From Opitutales bacterium (GTDB taxonomy: Bacteria > Verrucomicrobiota > Verrucomicrobiia > Opitutales > JAJFLR01), in assembly GCA_021772565.1 (NCBI GenBank), contig JAJFLR010000001.1, positions 1 to 15,532 on the forward strand: a stretch of DNA of 15,532 nt. Direction: 5' to 3'. This document shows, piece by piece, positions 1-8,440 of this stretch (within the stretch, counting starts at the first letter, position 1; each line of letters opens with the position of its first letter). The notes under the pieces are model-generated. The model did no database searches and was not told the DNA's origin. It saw nothing but the letters and a program-made list of their open reading frames with translations. Made by a program: the position numbers and the translations under genes.

Positions 1-603
1 ATGAAGGCGATTGAGGCAATGGAAGTGTTACCCAAATTTCGCGGAATATTGGTGCATGATTGCTGGCAAACCTATTTTCGGCTCGATTGCGAACATAGTC
101 TGTGCAATGCTCATCTGATCCGCGAGTTGATCTTTCAGAAAGAAGAATGTCAGCAAAAATGGGCAGCGAAAATGGAAACGTTATTGTGGCAGGCATACGA
201 ACATCCGGATAAGAAAAGTTTAAAAAGATGGCAAATACAATATAGTAAAATAGTAAAAGCCGGGTATAAAGAAAACCCATATAAACCACCGCCGAGGAGA
301 AAAGGTCAACGAGGTCGAATAAAAAAACCGGAAGTATTGAATTTGTTAGACCGATTTGAAAAACATCGAGAAAGTGTGTTGAGATTTATCGAAAACACCG
401 AAGTGCCGTTCACCAATAATCAAGCAGAACGAGATATACGAATGGTGAAAGTAAAACAGAAAATATCGGGGTGTTTCCGCAGTTGGGAAGGGGCACGCAT
501 ATTCGCCCGGAATCGATCTTATATCTCAACAGCCATCAAACAAGGCCATCGAGTTTTTGATGCACTATTAAGTGCAGTCTCAGGTAATCCGTGCTTTTGT
601 TGA
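1..603 (+). mobile_element. IS66-family transposase, C-terminal ~200 aa (5'-truncated by window edge)
   Basis: The translation contains the IS66 DDE C-terminal signature 'FTNNQAERDIRMVKVKQKISGCFRSWEGARIFARNRSYISTAIKQG' (compare the IS66 consensus TNNxAERxIRxxxxxRKNWLFxGSxxGxxxAxIYSLIxTCKxNG). Upstream it has 'CNAHLIRELIF', which resembles the IS66 'CWAHxRRKF' motif. The ORF runs into position 1, and the Met at position 1 is almost certainly an internal residue. Confidence 0.65.
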
Positions 604-1020
604 TGAAATACACGACTTGCTAACCGACTCTGATAACAGCGACATTTATCATTCTAAACGTAATCGTAAACCGAGAATGATTACGAAATAACAGGAATTG
701 AAAACCGTGTTTTTTCTTGCTTCTTAATCAATATGCTACTGATATCTGCTACCTTACCTCTTCGACGTAGGTAGTTACAAAAATTCTATATATACCTTAA
801 ACAACTGAATTTTGGATTTTCTAATACTGAACAATATGGGGATAAAAGTTTGTCTTCACATAATGTAATACGACACTACTATTCATGACTTAGTCATTAT
901 TCTAAAACAATTACCATAAATGTTTTCGTTTATAGCAAAAATCAATAGTAACGTCGTAAAGAATATGACTGAAAACAATATGCTAAAAAAAATAGATTAC
1001 CAAATCCTGTCTTGTCAGAT

Positions 1021-1066
1021 CTCTCTACCGATTCCCAATTTATCGTGACGACATGATCGCTACCGG
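1021..1066. repeat. Solo copy of repeat module D (ctctaccgaNtcccaatttatcgtgacgacatgatcgctaccgg)
   Basis: It is near-identical to 1201-1245 (ctcgctaccgagtcccgatttattgggacgagatgatcactaccg). It is the reverse complement of 12576-12609. It has the shared 'ctaccg...cccgat/ttat...gacga...ctaccg' architecture. Confidence 0.45.
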
Positions 1067-1170
1067 AAAAATTCATCTTTAGCCAATTATCAATAAAATA
1101 GTTAATTATAGCATCTACCATAATAAATTACCGAAATAAATCAGTGTAAGAAATCAATAAACGTACTTCA

Positions 1171-1384
1171 GATAGATTGCCACACTCTGCATTCGCAGAG
1201 CTCGCTACCGAGTCCCGATTTATTGGGACGAGATGATCACTACCGAATCCGAAGGATGACACCTCAACGAGTGAAGCGAGTACCGAACGAAGTGACATCA
1301 AACATAACAGAAAACATGACAGTTCCTAGTTTTTTACTTTGTCATCGCGAGGAGCAACGCGACATCCCGACAAGTCGGGATGAC
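1171..1384. repeat. Diverged, expanded composite copy of the B-D-A repeat family (B-like head, D module, A-like tail with cccga-N4-tcggg hairpin)
   Basis: 1171-1184 'gatagattgccaca' matches the B module head 'catagattgccacatc'. 1201-1245 is module D. 1338-1353 'tttgtcatcgcgaggag' is the module A head, and it is followed by 'catcccgacaagtcgggatgac' with a perfect hairpin. The flanking 'gatgaca ... tttgtcatc' inverted pair mirrors the atgacaa/ttgtcat stem of the main array. The 69-aa ORF at 1223-1432 lies wholly inside this repeat. Confidence 0.45.
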
Positions 1385-1547
1385 TTTTTTCAGACAGAAC
1401 TTTTGCGAAATGCTAAACGAACTTTATTTTAATTTACAACCTATCGTAATGGATACAGAACATTCTATCTATTTCGGTGCCGAGTTGAAAACGACATCTA
1501 CCAATTTCTTATGGCAGATGCTATATATATAACGCAGCCTATTATTT

Positions 1548-3653
1548 CTATAAATTTTCAAGCGTCTCTATTACAATTCCTGCTGTCAAAATTTCAGGCA
1601 ATATAATTGGGTTATCCAGGTTTGGTGAATAAATAATATTAAACGGCACTGCTGACCTACCATACTTTGCTAACGCCTCAGTAATTTTTGGATCTCGATT
1701 TGTCCAATCCGCTTTTAATGTAACGATATTTTTATCTAAAAACATATCTATAACTTTTTCCGACGTAAAAACGGTTGCCTTATTTGATAGACATGTCGTG
1801 CACCAACGCGCAGTAAAATCAACATAAACAATTTTACCTTCTGCAATATTCTGATCTACTTTTTCCTGAGACCACTCTTCCCAAATTATGCCACTGTTTT
1901 CATTTTCAGGATAACCAATAAATAACGCTCCACTAAAAACCATAATACTTCCCATGACCGCCAATCGACGTATATTTAACTTACTAGCAGGAGTTGACCA
2001 GCGACCATAGATCCAGCAGGACAATCCGACTAAGACCAATGAGATAAACACTGCCAACAAACCATATTCATTTATCTGCCCCGCCAGTACCCAAATCAAT
2101 AAACCAACAGTTGCATAAATTGGAAATGCCATCAGCTGTTTAAAGGATTCCATCCACGCACCCGGCTTGGGCAGAATCTGAATGAACTTGGGAAAGACAG
2201 CAAAAAACAAATAGGGTGTCGATAATCCAAGACCAATAAATGTAAATAATACAATTGAGGTAATGGGGTCTAAAATCAAAGCTGCTCCCAAAGCTATTGA
2301 TAAAAAGGGTGCTGCACATGGTGTTGAAACTAAAGTTGCCAGAACACCTGTAAAGAAAGATGCCGATAATCCATCTCGCATAATTAAATTTCCGCCTATA
2401 CTAGTAGCCGATGTACCAACCTCAAATAATCCACTCAGGTTGAGTCCAAAAATAAAAAAGACTTGTATCAGTAAAAAAATAAATACGGGTGATTGAAGAT
2501 GATATCCCCAGCCAATTTCCTGACCTCCGGATTTTAATATTATTAATGTTCCCGCCAGCAACCAGAACGACACTAAAACACCTAGCGTGAAAATTAAACC
2601 ATGAAGCATAATTTTTGATTTCTCATCACCTCCCTGCTTTACAAAACCCATAATTTTCAATCCAAGAACAGGAAAAACACACGGCATTACATTCAGAATC
2701 AAACCACCAATATATGCAAAAATCAGAATACCTAATAATGATTTTTCAGTTGCCGTAATTTGATTGCCACTCCCTTTATCAGCAATCTTGGAAACGATAG
2801 ATTTTGGTAGTGGATCATTGGTAATTTCTGGAGAAATTTTAATTGCTACCACAGACCCATCGTCAGTCCATCCATTTTTATTGTATAAGATGCCAGGTAA
2901 AGTTTTATATTTTTTATCCTGATCAGATTTTATTAACTCCAGCAAATAACCATTATCTGATTTTATTAATTTTTGCTGGGCATTTGGATCAATAAGTGGA
3001 TATTCAGAAAAGAAATAAATTTCATTTAACTTTTCATTGGCATTTTCTAATGGTAATAGATTCAAAAAAACCTTACCTTCTTCAGCGAATGTAGAAAATT
3101 TCCAATTTGCATTTTCAACCGGCAAATTCTTGCGAGTTTGTTCAATTGAATCAGCCCACTTTCTATTTATGTTAGAATCATCATTACTAGCAGGTAATCT
3201 CAACTCAACGTCAGCTGATCCGGGAATACAGATGTTTTCACACATTAAAAAATCTACTTTCCCTTTTAGAAAATAATTTTTTCCGATCTCAAGATTATTG
3301 GGTGGTGTAATATCAATTAACAAATAAACTTCATCCTCATAACCATAATTCGTAAATTCTCCTAATTTGAAATTTTTTGGTGTAGGCCACTGAATTTGTC
3401 CGGCAGTAAATCCTTTTGGTAATTCCCAGGTAATTTTAGTTGGCAGTCCTGCATCACCCGGATTGATCCAATAGGTATGCCAATGCTCATCCATCAACAT
3501 TCTCAACGCTACGGTAAATGTTACGCCGGACAATATTGATGTCTGATCCGAAACAAGTTCGACGCTGACATGTTCCACCTTTATCGGCTTTGCTTCGATC
3601 TGGCACAGTAACGAATACAGCAATAATGTTAATATATTTAAAAATTGTTTCAC
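1548..3653 (-). CDS. DsbD-family thiol:disulfide interchange protein (protein-disulfide reductase with N-terminal periplasmic domain, polytopic membrane core and C-terminal thioredoxin domain)
   Basis: 701 aa with an N-terminal signal peptide (MKQFLNILTLLLYSLLCQIEA). There is a multi-TM central region with the two conserved membrane cysteines in 'NVMPCVFPVL' and 'STPCAAPFL' (DsbD/CcdA core). The C-terminal thioredoxin fold has 'FTARWCTTC' (CxxC). It uses a GTG start, with rc(cac) at 3651-3653. Confidence 0.85.
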   Translation of the reverse strand: MKQFLNILTLLLYSLLCQIEAKPIKVEHVSVELVSDQTSILSGVTFTVALRMLMDEHWHTYWINPGDAGLPTKITWELPKGFTAGQIQWPTPKNFKLGEFTNYGYEDEVYLLIDITPPNNLEIGKNYFLKGKVDFLMCENICIPGSADVELRLPASNDDSNINRKWADSIEQTRKNLPVENANWKFSTFAEEGKVFLNLLPLENANEKLNEIYFFSEYPLIDPNAQQKLIKSDNGYLLELIKSDQDKKYKTLPGILYNKNGWTDDGSVVAIKISPEITNDPLPKSIVSKIADKGSGNQITATEKSLLGILIFAYIGGLILNVMPCVFPVLGLKIMGFVKQGGDEKSKIMLHGLIFTLGVLVSFWLLAGTLIILKSGGQEIGWGYHLQSPVFIFLLIQVFFIFGLNLSGLFEVGTSATSIGGNLIMRDGLSASFFTGVLATLVSTPCAAPFLSIALGAALILDPITSIVLFTFIGLGLSTPYLFFAVFPKFIQILPKPGAWMESFKQLMAFPIYATVGLLIWVLAGQINEYGLLAVFISLVLVGLSCWIYGRWSTPASKLNIRRLAVMGSIMVFSGALFIGYPENENSGIIWEEWSQEKVDQNIAEGKIVYVDFTARWCTTCLSNKATVFTSEKVIDMFLDKNIVTLKADWTNRDPKITEALAKYGRSAVPFNIIYSPNLDNPIILPEILTAGIVIETLENL

Positions 3654-3770
3654 GGTCTGTTAGAGAGCTAGCACTTTAATTTATTTCTAGGTTTATTAAA
3701 ATATAAAATAGTATCAAAGAAACAAAATTGCTTTTAAAGAAAATTTTCTCATCTACTGTAATGATTAAAA

Positions 3771-5156
3771 ATGTTTAAATATTTAAAATATATTTTTCTC
3801 AGTGCCATCATTTTAGCTGGAGGATGTAAATCTACTCAAATAGTAGATGAAGAAAAGTTACCTTTTGCATTACCTGAACAGTGGGGAAATGGCAAAAATA
3901 ACGATCAAAAACAATTTTTAGATAATTGGCTAACTGATTTTAATAATCCTGCATTAGATAAACTTGTTGCTGAATCTTTAGAGAAAAATTTTGACCTTAA
4001 ATCTGCCGAAGCTAGATTAGATTCCGCCACAGCATTACTGACAATTGCAGGAGCAGACCGATTGCCTCAAATCAATGGTAGTTTAGGTGGATCGCGACAA
4101 AAAAGAACATCGACGGGTGGATTCATTATCTCAAACCCAATATCTGATAATTTTAATTTATCCGGAATTTTTACCTGGGAGCTCGATTTATGGGGACGTC
4201 TAAAAGACCGACGTGTAGCCGCATTAGCAGACTTGTTTGCTGCTAAAGAAGATTTTCAAGGTTTAAAATTATCACTGGCCGCTAACACAGCAAAATTATG
4301 GTTCGATATAATCGAAGCAGGTCAACAGCTCAAATTATCTAAAAAAACTTTAGAGAGCTTTGAATCAAACCTGAATATTCTGCAGGAACGTTTTGAGCGT
4401 GGTATTTCTGAAACTTTGGATCTAAGATTAACCCGAGCTAATGTAGCCACAGCAAAAAGTAACGTTTTCAGAAGACAGAGACTGTTAGATGAATTAGTCA
4501 GAAGTCTTGAAATATTACTTGGCCGTTACCCAAAGAATCAGTTAAATTTCAATAACGACATTCCGAAAATTAAACGAAATGTCCCGGCGGGTCTACCCAT
4601 TCAGTTATTAAAACGTCGTCCAGATATCGCTGCAGCAGAAAATCGAGTGATAGCCTCTCATAAAAGAATCAATGAATCCCGCAAAGCACTTCTACCCGGT
4701 ATTTCTTTAAATGCCTCAGGCGGTACGAGTTCCAGTAATTTATCAGATCTGCTCGATAAAAATTTCAAAGTTTGGAGTTTGGCTGGAAATGTCACACAGC
4801 CATTTTTTCAAGGGAGACGGTTAAAAGCAAATATCAAACGATCTGAAGCAGTAAAAAAAGAAGCAGTCGCAAATTTTCATAAAACTGTTTTAACCGCTTA
4901 TAGTGAAGTTGAAAATTCTTTGGCTAATGAATCATTACTTGAAAACGAAGAATCTGCATTGAAAGAAAACGTTAAAGAATCAAGAGCTGCCGAAGAATTA
5001 TCATGGGATAGATATCAATCCGGACTCACTGATATTATAACAGTACTTGAGGCACAACGTCGTTCCTTCAATGCCCAAAGCAATTTACTTCAAGTTTCGA
5101 ATTTAAGACTGCAAAACAGAGTCAATTTATATTTAGCACTCGGTGGTGGGTTTTAA
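3771..5156 (+). CDS. Efflux-transporter outer-membrane factor lipoprotein, NodT/OprM/TolC family
   Basis: 461 aa. It has a lipoprotein signal peptide with lipobox 'ILAGGC' (MFKYLKYIFLSAIILAGGCKST). Its length and two-repeat coiled/β architecture are typical of OMF proteins, and the C-terminus 'LYLALGGGF' is a characteristic NodT-family ending. It is divergent from the DsbD-like gene across a 117-bp AT-rich spacer. Confidence 0.8.
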   Translation: MFKYLKYIFLSAIILAGGCKSTQIVDEEKLPFALPEQWGNGKNNDQKQFLDNWLTDFNNPALDKLVAESLEKNFDLKSAEARLDSATALLTIAGADRLPQINGSLGGSRQKRTSTGGFIISNPISDNFNLSGIFTWELDLWGRLKDRRVAALADLFAAKEDFQGLKLSLAANTAKLWFDIIEAGQQLKLSKKTLESFESNLNILQERFERGISETLDLRLTRANVATAKSNVFRRQRLLDELVRSLEILLGRYPKNQLNFNNDIPKIKRNVPAGLPIQLLKRRPDIAAAENRVIASHKRINESRKALLPGISLNASGGTSSSNLSDLLDKNFKVWSLAGNVTQPFFQGRRLKANIKRSEAVKKEAVANFHKTVLTAYSEVENSLANESLLENEESALKENVKESRAAEELSWDRYQSGLTDIITVLEAQRRSFNAQSNLLQVSNLRLQNRVNLYLALGGGF

Positions 5157-5255
5157 ACGAAAATCCTTATATGTTTACTCACAGAATACATTGTGAATGA
5201 TTCTATATTGACTCTAGTTCACCACCCTTTATCGCTCTCTCTATATATTTAAAAA

Positions 5256-7328
5256 ATGGAAAATACCCTGCAAAAAAAAAGTAAATTAGCCGATTTTAGT
5301 CCTATCGACTTTAAGGAAGAATTAAATGAAGAACAGTATGCTGCCGTTACAGCTGAACCTGGACCGGCTTTAGTTCTGGCTGGTGCCGGATCCGGTAAAA
5401 CCAGGACACTGACTTATCGCGTAGCCTGGCTGATATCTCAAGGAGTGAGCCCGGGTGAAATTTTACTTCTGACATTTACCAATAAAGCATCTAAAGAAAT
5501 GTTGAAACGCGTTGAAGATCTGACGGGTATTGAAACCCGTTTTTTTTGGGGCGGAACGTTTCATCATATTGGGCAAAAAACAATTCGCTTTCACGGCGAA
5601 TCTATTGGCCTACAAAAAAATTATGTCATTCACGATCAAGGTGACTCTGAAGCACTACTCAGTGATGTGGTCAAATCAATCAATAGTAAATTTTTCAAAG
5701 ATAAGGCCAATCCAAAAGCACGGTTAATTCATGAAATTATCAGTTATGCTAGAAATACTAGACAAACAATTAGAGACGTTATTAATATCCGCTACTACTG
5801 GCTAGATAACCTTAAGGAGGATATAACACAATTCGCCAAATCATATCAGGAAGAAAAATTAAAAAGACAAGTCACCGACTATGACGATTTGCTGCATCAC
5901 TGGCTTGAAATTTTAAAAACTAATTCAGAAGTGGCAACCTACTATCAAAATCGATTCAAGCACATTTTAGTCGATGAATATCAAGATACAAACAAGATAC
6001 AATCTGATATCATAGATTTCTTAGGAATCAATAACCAAGTAATGGCAGTCGGTGATGACGCTCAATGTATCTATACCTGGAGAGGTGCAAGTTTTGAAAA
6101 TATAATGACATTTTCTGACCGCCACCCAAAAACAGTTATGCACAAGATTGAAACAAACTATCGCAGCACTCCAGAAATTTTGCAGTTTGCCAATAGAGTG
6201 TTAGCAACCCAACCGATCGGCACTGGTTTTAACAAAGAATTAAAATCAATTCGTCCGTCTGGATCACTGCCGTATGTTGTGCCGGTGATGGATGGAAGAA
6301 AGCAAGCTGAGTTTGTAATCAAACGTGTAGAAGGTCTGATTAATGAAGGTTACCGGATGTCAGATATTGCCATACTCTATCGAGCTCATTACCACGCGTT
6401 AGACATGCAAGTTGAACTCTCAAGATTAAGTATACCATTTGTTATCACAAGTGGTGTCAAATTTTTTGAACAAGCTCATGTTCGCGATCTTGTCGCCCAT
6501 TTAAGATTTGCCGCAAACATTAAAGATATAACGGTATTTAAAAGACTTGTTTGTCTCTTACCTAAAATTGGTGATGTCACTGCCGGGCGACTTTATAGTT
6601 TAGCAGAAAAATTCGGAGACAAAAATAACAAAACGATAATCCAGTCACTTTCTAATGAATCAGTTGTAGCAAAAGTTCCTGCAGAAGCTAAGGAAGATTG
6701 GATAGATTTAAGTTACACATTACAGGATTTAGAATTAGCGATTAACGGCCCATCAAAACCAAAGAAAGAATTATCGTTATTTGACGACGATACAGCTGAA
6801 GAAAAAGTCACAAAAATTCATACACCAGACGAAGTCGTTAAAATCGCAATCGATGGCTGGTATGGGGATTATATGCGAAATGTCTATGTTAACTGGGAAT
6901 CAAGACGAGATGACTTAGATAGCATAGTTGGCTTTGCCAGTGGTTTCGAAGACATGAATGAATTGCTTGCACAATTAATACTGCTCAATTCCGAATCGTC
7001 TGACCGCGGTGCCAATCAAAATGCAGACGCTATCCGAATGACAACTATTCATCAGGCTAAAGGGCTGGAATATCCAATAGTTTTTATAATAGGAATGGCC
7101 GAAGGATTATTCCCTCTAAAAAGAAGTATTGATAATGATGACGTCGAAGAAGAACGCAGATTATTTTACGTAGCCGTTACTCGTGCAAAAGATGAGCTCT
7201 ACATTTGTTATCCGATGATTAATACTCAAAACGGCCCATCAATAAGAATGGGACCGAGTCAGTTTCTAGAAATTCTACCGGATGACAGTTATGAAATTTT
7301 AAATGTAAGACAAACTACCAATTGGTAA
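5256..7328 (+). CDS. UvrD/PcrA/Rep-family ATP-dependent DNA helicase (superfamily 1)
   Basis: 690 aa. Walker A motif 'AGAGSGKTRTLTYRVAWLI', motif II 'VDEYQDTN', and the motifs 'NYRS' and 'TIHQAKGLEYPIVFIIG...LFYVAVTRAKDELYI' are all typical of UvrD/PcrA. Confidence 0.9.
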   Translation: MENTLQKKSKLADFSPIDFKEELNEEQYAAVTAEPGPALVLAGAGSGKTRTLTYRVAWLISQGVSPGEILLLTFTNKASKEMLKRVEDLTGIETRFFWGGTFHHIGQKTIRFHGESIGLQKNYVIHDQGDSEALLSDVVKSINSKFFKDKANPKARLIHEIISYARNTRQTIRDVINIRYYWLDNLKEDITQFAKSYQEEKLKRQVTDYDDLLHHWLEILKTNSEVATYYQNRFKHILVDEYQDTNKIQSDIIDFLGINNQVMAVGDDAQCIYTWRGASFENIMTFSDRHPKTVMHKIETNYRSTPEILQFANRVLATQPIGTGFNKELKSIRPSGSLPYVVPVMDGRKQAEFVIKRVEGLINEGYRMSDIAILYRAHYHALDMQVELSRLSIPFVITSGVKFFEQAHVRDLVAHLRFAANIKDITVFKRLVCLLPKIGDVTAGRLYSLAEKFGDKNNKTIIQSLSNESVVAKVPAEAKEDWIDLSYTLQDLELAINGPSKPKKELSLFDDDTAEEKVTKIHTPDEVVKIAIDGWYGDYMRNVYVNWESRRDDLDSIVGFASGFEDMNELLAQLILLNSESSDRGANQNADAIRMTTIHQAKGLEYPIVFIIGMAEGLFPLKRSIDNDDVEEERRLFYVAVTRAKDELYICYPMINTQNGPSIRMGPSQFLEILPDDSYEILNVRQTTNW

Positions 7329-7339
7329 ATTTTAGGTAG

Positions 7340-7361
7340 GGACGGCTGTCCCCAGCCGTCC
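7340..7361. terminator. GC-rich hairpin just after the helicase stop (ggacggct-gtcccc-agccgtcc), possible intrinsic terminator
   Basis: Perfect 8-bp stem (ggacggct / agccgtcc) with a 6-nt loop, 12 nt after the TAA at 7326-7328. It is followed by 'aaaaa' and preceded by 'ttt', so the U-tract is better for the minus strand. It is marginal as a rho-independent terminator for the helicase. Confidence 0.3.
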
Positions 7362-7419
7362 AAAAACGATTTCACAATGATGGTAATTCTACTATAAACA
7401 AATCGGAATCCATCTCTAC

Positions 7420-8066
7420 CTTGTCATCGCAAGGAGTATAAGGAGTCGACTTCGCCATAGTAACCTATGGCTACAACGGCTGGACGCGGCCATCCATCAT
7501 TTTTCTTTATTCTACATAGATTGCCACATCCTGATTTTACATCGGGATTCGCAATGACAACTACTTTGTCATCGCGAGGAGTGTAACGACGTGGCGATCC
7601 ATGATTATTCTTGTCATCGTGAGGAATGAAAATGAGCCGACTCCGCCATAGTAGCATATGGCTACGACGGCTGGACGCGGCGATCCATCACTTTTTCTTT
7701 GTTCTACATAGATTGCCACATCCCGATTTACATCGGGACTCGCAATGACAACTGTGTTTGACTTTGTCATCGCGAGGAGTGTAACGACGCGGCGATCCAT
7801 GCCTTTTCTTTATTCTACATAGATTGCCACATCCCGATTTTCATCGAGACTCGCAATGACAACCTCTTTTTCACTTTGTCATCGCGAGGAGGAAACGACG
7901 TGGCGATCCATCCATACCTTGTCATCGCGAGGAGTGAAACGACGTGGCGATCCATGCCTTTTCTTTATTCTACATAGATTGCCACATCCCGATTTACATC
8001 GGAACTCGCAATGACAACTGTGTTTGACTTTGTCATCGCGAGGAGTGTAACGACGCGGCGATCCAT
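7420..8066. repeat. Tandem composite repeat array, part 1 (modules A/B plus two A+C units), upstream flank of the GIY-YIG cassette
   Basis: Module B copies (tctacatagattgccacatcccgatttacatcgggactcgcaatgacaa) start at 7511, 7703, 7814 and 7969. Module A copies (tttgtcatcgcgaggagtg[t/a]aacgacg[c/t]ggcgatccat) lie at 7565-7602, 7763-7800, 7875-7911, 7919-7955 and 8029-8066. A+C variants with an inserted palindrome 'gccatagta(acc/gca)tatggc' lie at 7420-7496 and 7611-7688. Linkers are 'c(a/c)cttttctttRttc' (A to B) and T-rich 11-12-mers (B to A). Confidence 0.9.
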
Positions 8067-8077
8067 GATTATTAATT

Positions 8078-8374
8078 TCACAGATACCAATCTTTCGAGT
8101 AGTCTTCCCACTGATGGTTTATTTTTTCAATAAGTTTCAATTTATTTTTCCTTGATCCAGATTTAATTTGTTTCTCCCTCGATATAGCGTTATGAATATC
8201 GTGAAATACTTCAAAATATACAAGTTTTGTTAAATTATACTTTTTTGAAAAACCATCATAAGACTTATTTTTATGTTCCCACATACGTTTAATAAGACTC
8301 TTAGTAACACCAGTATATAGAGTACCATTTTTCTTATTACATATTATATAGACATAGTAATAGTGTCTTTGCAT
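8078..8374 (-). CDS. Small GIY-YIG nuclease-family protein (YhbQ/UPF0213-like, single-domain)
   Basis: 98 aa. 'YYVYIICNKKNGTLYTGVTKSLIKRMWEHK' contains the GIY-YIG motifs (YxVYII ... GTLYTGVT ... R..EH). The downstream part 'LVYFEVF...REKQIKSGSRKNKLKLI' completes the domain. The gene sits in a roughly 375-bp unique segment (8067-8440) flanked on both sides by the tandem repeat array. Confidence 0.85.
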   Translation of the reverse strand: MQRHYYYVYIICNKKNGTLYTGVTKSLIKRMWEHKNKSYDGFSKKYNLTKLVYFEVFHDIHNAISREKQIKSGSRKNKLKLIEKINHQWEDYSKDWYL

Positions 8375-8440
8375 AATTTTGGGAGAAAATTAACTTGATA
8401 ATTCCACACTTAATATTGAAATTTTTATGTCAATAAAAGT

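Noticed and set aside
749-774. Hairpin ctacct-(14 nt)-aggtag downstream of the IS66 transposase, considered as a possible IS66 terminal inverted repeat or terminator
   Set aside because: The stem is only 6 bp with a 14-nt loop. Without the IS left end in the window, an IR cannot be confirmed, and it is too weak to call.
1223-1432. 69-aa ORF (MGRDDHYRIRRMTPQRVKRVPNEV...)
   Set aside because: It lies entirely within the diverged repeat copy at 1171-1384 and is low-complexity. It is most likely a repeat artefact.
2263-3276. ORFs 2263-2496+ and 3037-3276+ antisense to the DsbD-like gene
   Set aside because: They are fully embedded antisense in a well-supported 701-aa CDS. They are short and have no features.
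5530-5727. 65-aa ORF in an alternative frame inside the helicase gene
   Set aside because: It is embedded in the UvrD-family CDS, is out of frame and has no support.
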